In this document: positions 43,762 through 46,495 of the stretch, one piece after another | How positions within the stretch are numbered: the first letter of the stretch is position 1 | Layout of the letters: every line of letters begins with the position of its first letter | Origin: an uncultured Rhodopirellula sp. | Lineage (GTDB): Bacteria > Planctomycetota > Planctomycetia > Pirellulales > Pirellulaceae | Direction of reading: 5' to 3' | DNA length: 46,495 bases | Assembly: GCA_964007735.1 (NCBI GenBank) | Contig: CAXGAI010000038.1 | Coordinates: 1 to 46,495 of the forward strand | The notes under the pieces: generated by a model | Databases searched by the model: none | What the model was told of the DNA's origin: nothing | Seen by the model: only the letters and a program-made list of their open reading frames with translations | Made by a program: the position numbers and the translations under genes

Positions 43762-45936
43762 ATGAAACGAATCCATTGCACGTCATTCAGTCCGAGCTTC
43801 ACACGCATCTATTTCCACTGCGCCGTGTTCTTGACTGCTTTGACCTCCCTCTCATCGGCGGACGACGTTATCGACTTTGAAAACGATGTTGTGCCAATCC
43901 TCACAAAAGCCGGGTGCAATGCAGGTGCATGTCACGGTGCTGCAATCGGACGAGGCGGGTTCAAACTCAGCTTATATGGTGGTAATCCTGGCTCGGACTA
44001 TAACGCCATTGTTCACGAAATTCAGGGGAGAAGAATTAATCATTCGAATCCGCGTGCCAGTCTTTTATTTCTAAAACCCACTGAACACGTATCACATGGT
44101 GGAGGAACGCTTTTTGACGAAGAATCCACCAGCGCCCAACTGATCCTGAAATGGATTAATCAAGGGGCGAAACGGACCAGAACACGATCGCTTATTTCGA
44201 TTGAGATAACGCCACGCCAGTTCTATTCTGAACAACCTAACTCATCACACACCGTGCGTGTCACCGCCCAATACGACGATGGCACAACACGAGATGTCAC
44301 AAAGTGGACGCTGCTTGAGCCTGAAGACGAGTCTGCTGTTGAGGTCGTCGACAACGAATTTCGCTTAATCCCCCATCGCCGGGGGCGTCATATTGTTACC
44401 GCACGCTACCTTACTCTGGTCAAACCCATCGAATTCCTCATTCCACTCAATTCCACAACAGAACCGCTTAACGATCCTCCCGTCTATAACTTCATCGACT
44501 CCGAACTTAATGCTAAACTTCGAAGTTTACGCATTACCCCATCCCTACAGAGCGCCGACGGGGAGTTTATTCGTCGTTTGTCGCTGGATCTCACCGGCCG
44601 GCTTCCGTCGGTGTCGCGCGTTCGCAGTTTCCTCGAATCTACTAAGCCAGACAAACGCGAACGCATCATAGAATCTTTACTGGATTCGTCAGAATTTAAT
44701 ATATTCTGGGCTTATAACTTTTCAGAACTACTTCGAATACGTCCACAGAAATTGGGCGCCGAAGGGGCAAATACTTATTTTGAGTGGCTATCTTCACAGA
44801 TTGAACGCGGAGTTAATTATAAGACCCTTGTAACCACGATGCTTCTTGCGAGCGGAGATGCCTATGAAGTCGGCCCGGCAAATTTTTATCGAACGATGCC
44901 TGATGCACGGCAACAGGCGGAATTCGCTAGTGAACTGCTAATGGGTACACGACTCCGATGCGCTAACTGCCATAATCATCCACTAGATCACTGGACTCAG
45001 GATGATTATCACGGTCTGGCGGCAATTTTTGCAAAGCTGAATATTACCCAAAGCGTTACGGTAAACAAGACCGGTACCACAATTCATCCCTTAACTTTAG
45101 AGCCCGCCATACCCAAGCTCCCTGGCGGGGGTTCCATCCCATTAGACAGTCCTGACCCGCGATTAGAGTTTACTGACTGGCTAACCGATGAAGGAAACCC
45201 CTACTTCGCGAAAGCGCTGGTAAACCGGCTTTGGAAACACATGATGGGCCGGGGGCTCGTTGAACCAGTGGATGATTTCCGCGAAACCAACCCGCCTACA
45301 CATCCCTTATTAATGGATAAGCTAGCGCGTGAATTCGTCAGCAGTCAATACGACATTAAGCACATTCTAAAAACGATCGCTTCTAGCGCCGGATATCAGC
45401 GAAGCGGTAAAGCGAACCAATCGAACAGATATGATACCCAGTTCTACTCACACAACCTTAGAGTGCCCTTGCATCCGTCAGTACATGCGGATGCCGTTAC
45501 CGACGTCCTCGGCGTACCCGCCCAATATGGAGATCTACCTTTAGGCACGCGGGCTGTTGAATTAATAAGCCCAACTGTCGCTTCTAGAACACTCGACGTC
45601 CTAGGGCGATGTGGCCGTGAGGAATCTTGTGAAACAGAAGGTAATGGCGCAAGTGGCCTGACACAAAAATTACACTACTTTAACGGGGAATTTCTTAACG
45701 GGAGGATCAGCCGTAACGATGGCAGATTATCGGATTTGGTAAAAGCTAATACCACCCCAATTGATATAATAACTGAATACTATCTAGCGGCTTATAATCG
45801 ATTTCCTACTATCAATGAGTCAAGTTATTGGGTTGGACAGCTCGAATTGCAAGCGTCGGCAGATGACCGCTTAGATTTCCTCGAAGACTTTATTTGGGGC
45901 CTATTGGCCTCTAAGGACTTTACCACCAACCACTAA
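43762..45936 (+). CDS. DUF1549/DUF1553 protein of the Ig-like (BIG2) subtype
   Basis: Signal peptide; DFENDVVPILTKAGCNAGACHG..GRGGFKLSL; Ig-like VRVTAQYDDGTTRDVT; FIRRLSLDLTGRLP; CANCHNHPLDHWTQDDY; NPYFAKALVNRLW; GRGLVEPVDD; SKDFTTNH. Confidence 0.92.
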   Translation: MKRIHCTSFSPSFTRIYFHCAVFLTALTSLSSADDVIDFENDVVPILTKAGCNAGACHGAAIGRGGFKLSLYGGNPGSDYNAIVHEIQGRRINHSNPRASLLFLKPTEHVSHGGGTLFDEESTSAQLILKWINQGAKRTRTRSLISIEITPRQFYSEQPNSSHTVRVTAQYDDGTTRDVTKWTLLEPEDESAVEVVDNEFRLIPHRRGRHIVTARYLTLVKPIEFLIPLNSTTEPLNDPPVYNFIDSELNAKLRSLRITPSLQSADGEFIRRLSLDLTGRLPSVSRVRSFLESTKPDKRERIIESLLDSSEFNIFWAYNFSELLRIRPQKLGAEGANTYFEWLSSQIERGVNYKTLVTTMLLASGDAYEVGPANFYRTMPDARQQAEFASELLMGTRLRCANCHNHPLDHWTQDDYHGLAAIFAKLNITQSVTVNKTGTTIHPLTLEPAIPKLPGGGSIPLDSPDPRLEFTDWLTDEGNPYFAKALVNRLWKHMMGRGLVEPVDDFRETNPPTHPLLMDKLAREFVSSQYDIKHILKTIASSAGYQRSGKANQSNRYDTQFYSHNLRVPLHPSVHADAVTDVLGVPAQYGDLPLGTRAVELISPTVASRTLDVLGRCGREESCETEGNGASGLTQKLHYFNGEFLNGRISRNDGRLSDLVKANTTPIDIITEYYLAAYNRFPTINESSYWVGQLELQASADDRLDFLEDFIWGLLASKDFTTNH

Positions 45937-45952
45937 GCCACCGGGCTTTTTT
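45935..45952 (+). terminator. Possible weak rho-independent terminator
   Basis: AAGCC-ACCG-GGCTT hairpin running into a T tract, overlapping the stop of the DUF1549/DUF1553 gene. The stem is short. Confidence 0.35.
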
Positions 45953-45971
45953 ATAACACGGAACCGTAACC

Positions 45972-46495
45972 ATGAAACTTCTTCTTATTCTGTTTGTTGC
46001 ATTAACATCTAGCACTGCACTTGCTCAGTCTGAAGGCAGGACAAAGACTCAGTCAGCTGATCAAAAACGAAATGAAATTGTCAAACGATTTGACAAGGAT
46101 AAAGATGGGACGTTATCCGCGGAAGAAGCGGCCATCGCTCGTAGCACACTTGCCAGAGAAAAGAAAACGCAACCACAACAACAAGATTACAGACTAGCGT
46201 TCGCTATAAAGAACCCCAAAGAGTTTAAACTTGATGGCAGTAAGCAAGTGTTTTCCGGTCCACAAGCGGGAGAGACGCTACCCAAACTTAAGGTCTCCGC
46301 CGTGACGGGCGACGATGCCGGTAAGACTTTTAACGCGCTAGGGGATCATGACGGGGCCCAGCTTATCATTCTTGCCGGACCGAATCGTACGTCGATACGC
46401 GGAATCATTGGGATCCTCCGATTAGTTGCCACAGTCAACGAACATTCTAAAGAACCATTAAATCCTATTTTGGTTTATCTCGGCGACGACAAGAA
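45972..46495 (+). CDS. Secreted EF-hand-containing hypothetical protein, truncated by the window end (not in the supplied ORF track)
   Basis: Read directly from the sequence: ATG at 45972, MKLLLILFVALTSSTALAQ signal peptide, FDKDKDGTLSAEE EF-hand loop, then VFSGPQAGETLPKLKV (resembles the start of a thioredoxin-like fold). No stop codon before the window end. Confidence 0.78.
   Translation, partial: MKLLLILFVALTSSTALAQSEGRTKTQSADQKRNEIVKRFDKDKDGTLSAEEAAIARSTLAREKKTQPQQQDYRLAFAIKNPKEFKLDGSKQVFSGPQAGETLPKLKVSAVTGDDAGKTFNALGDHDGAQLIILAGPNRTSIRGIIGILRLVATVNEHSKEPLNPILVYLGDDK

Noticed and set aside
1..46495. CRISPR array, tRNA/rRNA, transposase, integrase, prophage or diversity-generating retroelement explaining the paralogue diversity
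   Set aside because: Intergenic gaps are under about 250 bp, I saw no spaced repeats, no reverse transcriptase or recombinase ORF is present, and the paralogues are deeply diverged. By-eye reading could miss a small ncRNA.

Overview
This 46.5-kb window is gene-dense, roughly 50% GC by eye, and its gene content points to a Planctomycetota genome (Pirellulaceae-like, possibly marine; inferred). It is dominated by functionally uncharacterised planctomycete periplasmic families: eight DUF1501 paralogues (all with twin-arginine signals, two sequence subtypes), four DUF1549/DUF1553 (PSCyt2/PSD1) c-type cytochromes, one DUF1592-type diheme protein with its DUF1552 partner, and two monoheme CxxCH proteins. 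The recurring unit is a large diheme cytochrome with a swappable central domain followed by a Tat-exported alkaline-phosphatase-fold protein lacking the sulfatase CxPxR motif. This is the best candidate for an undescribed system. Interspersed are secreted hydrolases (two SGNH esterases, an EF-hand esterase, PhoD-like, gluconolactonase, cysteine hydrolase), an LRR protein with a VHL beta-like domain, and a five-gene run with two PLP aminotransferases and two dehydrogenases. I saw no RNA genes, CRISPR arrays, mobile elements, regulators or transporters. All family calls come from motif recognition by eye, not database searches.
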